Shown piece by piece: positions 63,607-64,000 of a stretch of 64,000 nt of DNA. The position numbers were made by a program, and so were the translations under genes. The notes below the pieces were generated by a model. That model saw only the letters and a program-made list of their open reading frames with translations, had not been told where the DNA came from and searched no databases. The DNA is taken from positions 3,596,001-3,660,000 of the forward strand of contig OX597828.1 of assembly GCA_951406725.2 (NCBI GenBank), in the 5' to 3' direction. This DNA comes from Octopus vulgaris (taxonomy: Eukaryota). Each line of letters starts with the position of its first letter. Within the stretch, counting starts at the first letter, position 1.

Positions 63607-64000
63607 TGTGTGTGTGTGTGTGTGTCTTTGTGTGTGTGTCTTTGTGTCTGTGGGTGAAGCAAGTAAAAGATAAAACGTTTAAGGCATTTTAAATTCGATT
63701 TTAAAGAAATTTCTATTTTTTTCATGGGAGTTTCAATTTTTTTTTTCTCTTTAAAACATTTGTTTTGAGAAGAGTGTCGAGGTATTGAGATCACTTTGCG
63801 TAACTACATATTAAATAAGAAATAGTCCCGGCAAGGTTCTTAAAATGTATCTCTTGCTTTCATATCCTTACGGAGAGTCCTCGTTGTATTTACGAACTCT
63901 TCAGGACAACCGAATTTCTTCAGCACCAACCACAGTGCATTGCTTATTAATCGTGTCAAAAGATTTGCCTATATCCACAAAACAACTATGCAAGACCATG

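Overview
AT-rich, microsatellite-dense eukaryotic DNA; the SINE families and repeat landscape point to a cephalopod, probably Octopus (inference). No host protein-coding gene can be supported, and most short ORFs in the track are microsatellite artefacts. The window is a transposon graveyard: at least four tRNA-derived SINE families, several decayed mariner/Tc1 elements, R4/Dong-, CR1- and RTE-type LINE remnants, an internally deleted Ty3/Gypsy element and an ORF1-only L1/Tx1-like element. The standout is a dense set of Penelope-like elements (PLEs). One at 55815-58238 has an uninterrupted RT + GIY-YIG frame and a perfect 98-bp inverted terminal copy. By manual folding I find hammerhead-ribozyme (HHR) motifs in about seven distinct repeat families. 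These include apparently family-fixed non-canonical cores (CCGAAGA, CUGUUGA), a possible circularly permuted HHR, and an HHR remnant in what appears to be the tail of a tRNA-headed SINE. Independent PLE insertions share a tail-less inverted-copy architecture, with matching endpoints in two insertions of one family. All RNA folds are by eye and untested; coordinates of decayed elements are approximate.
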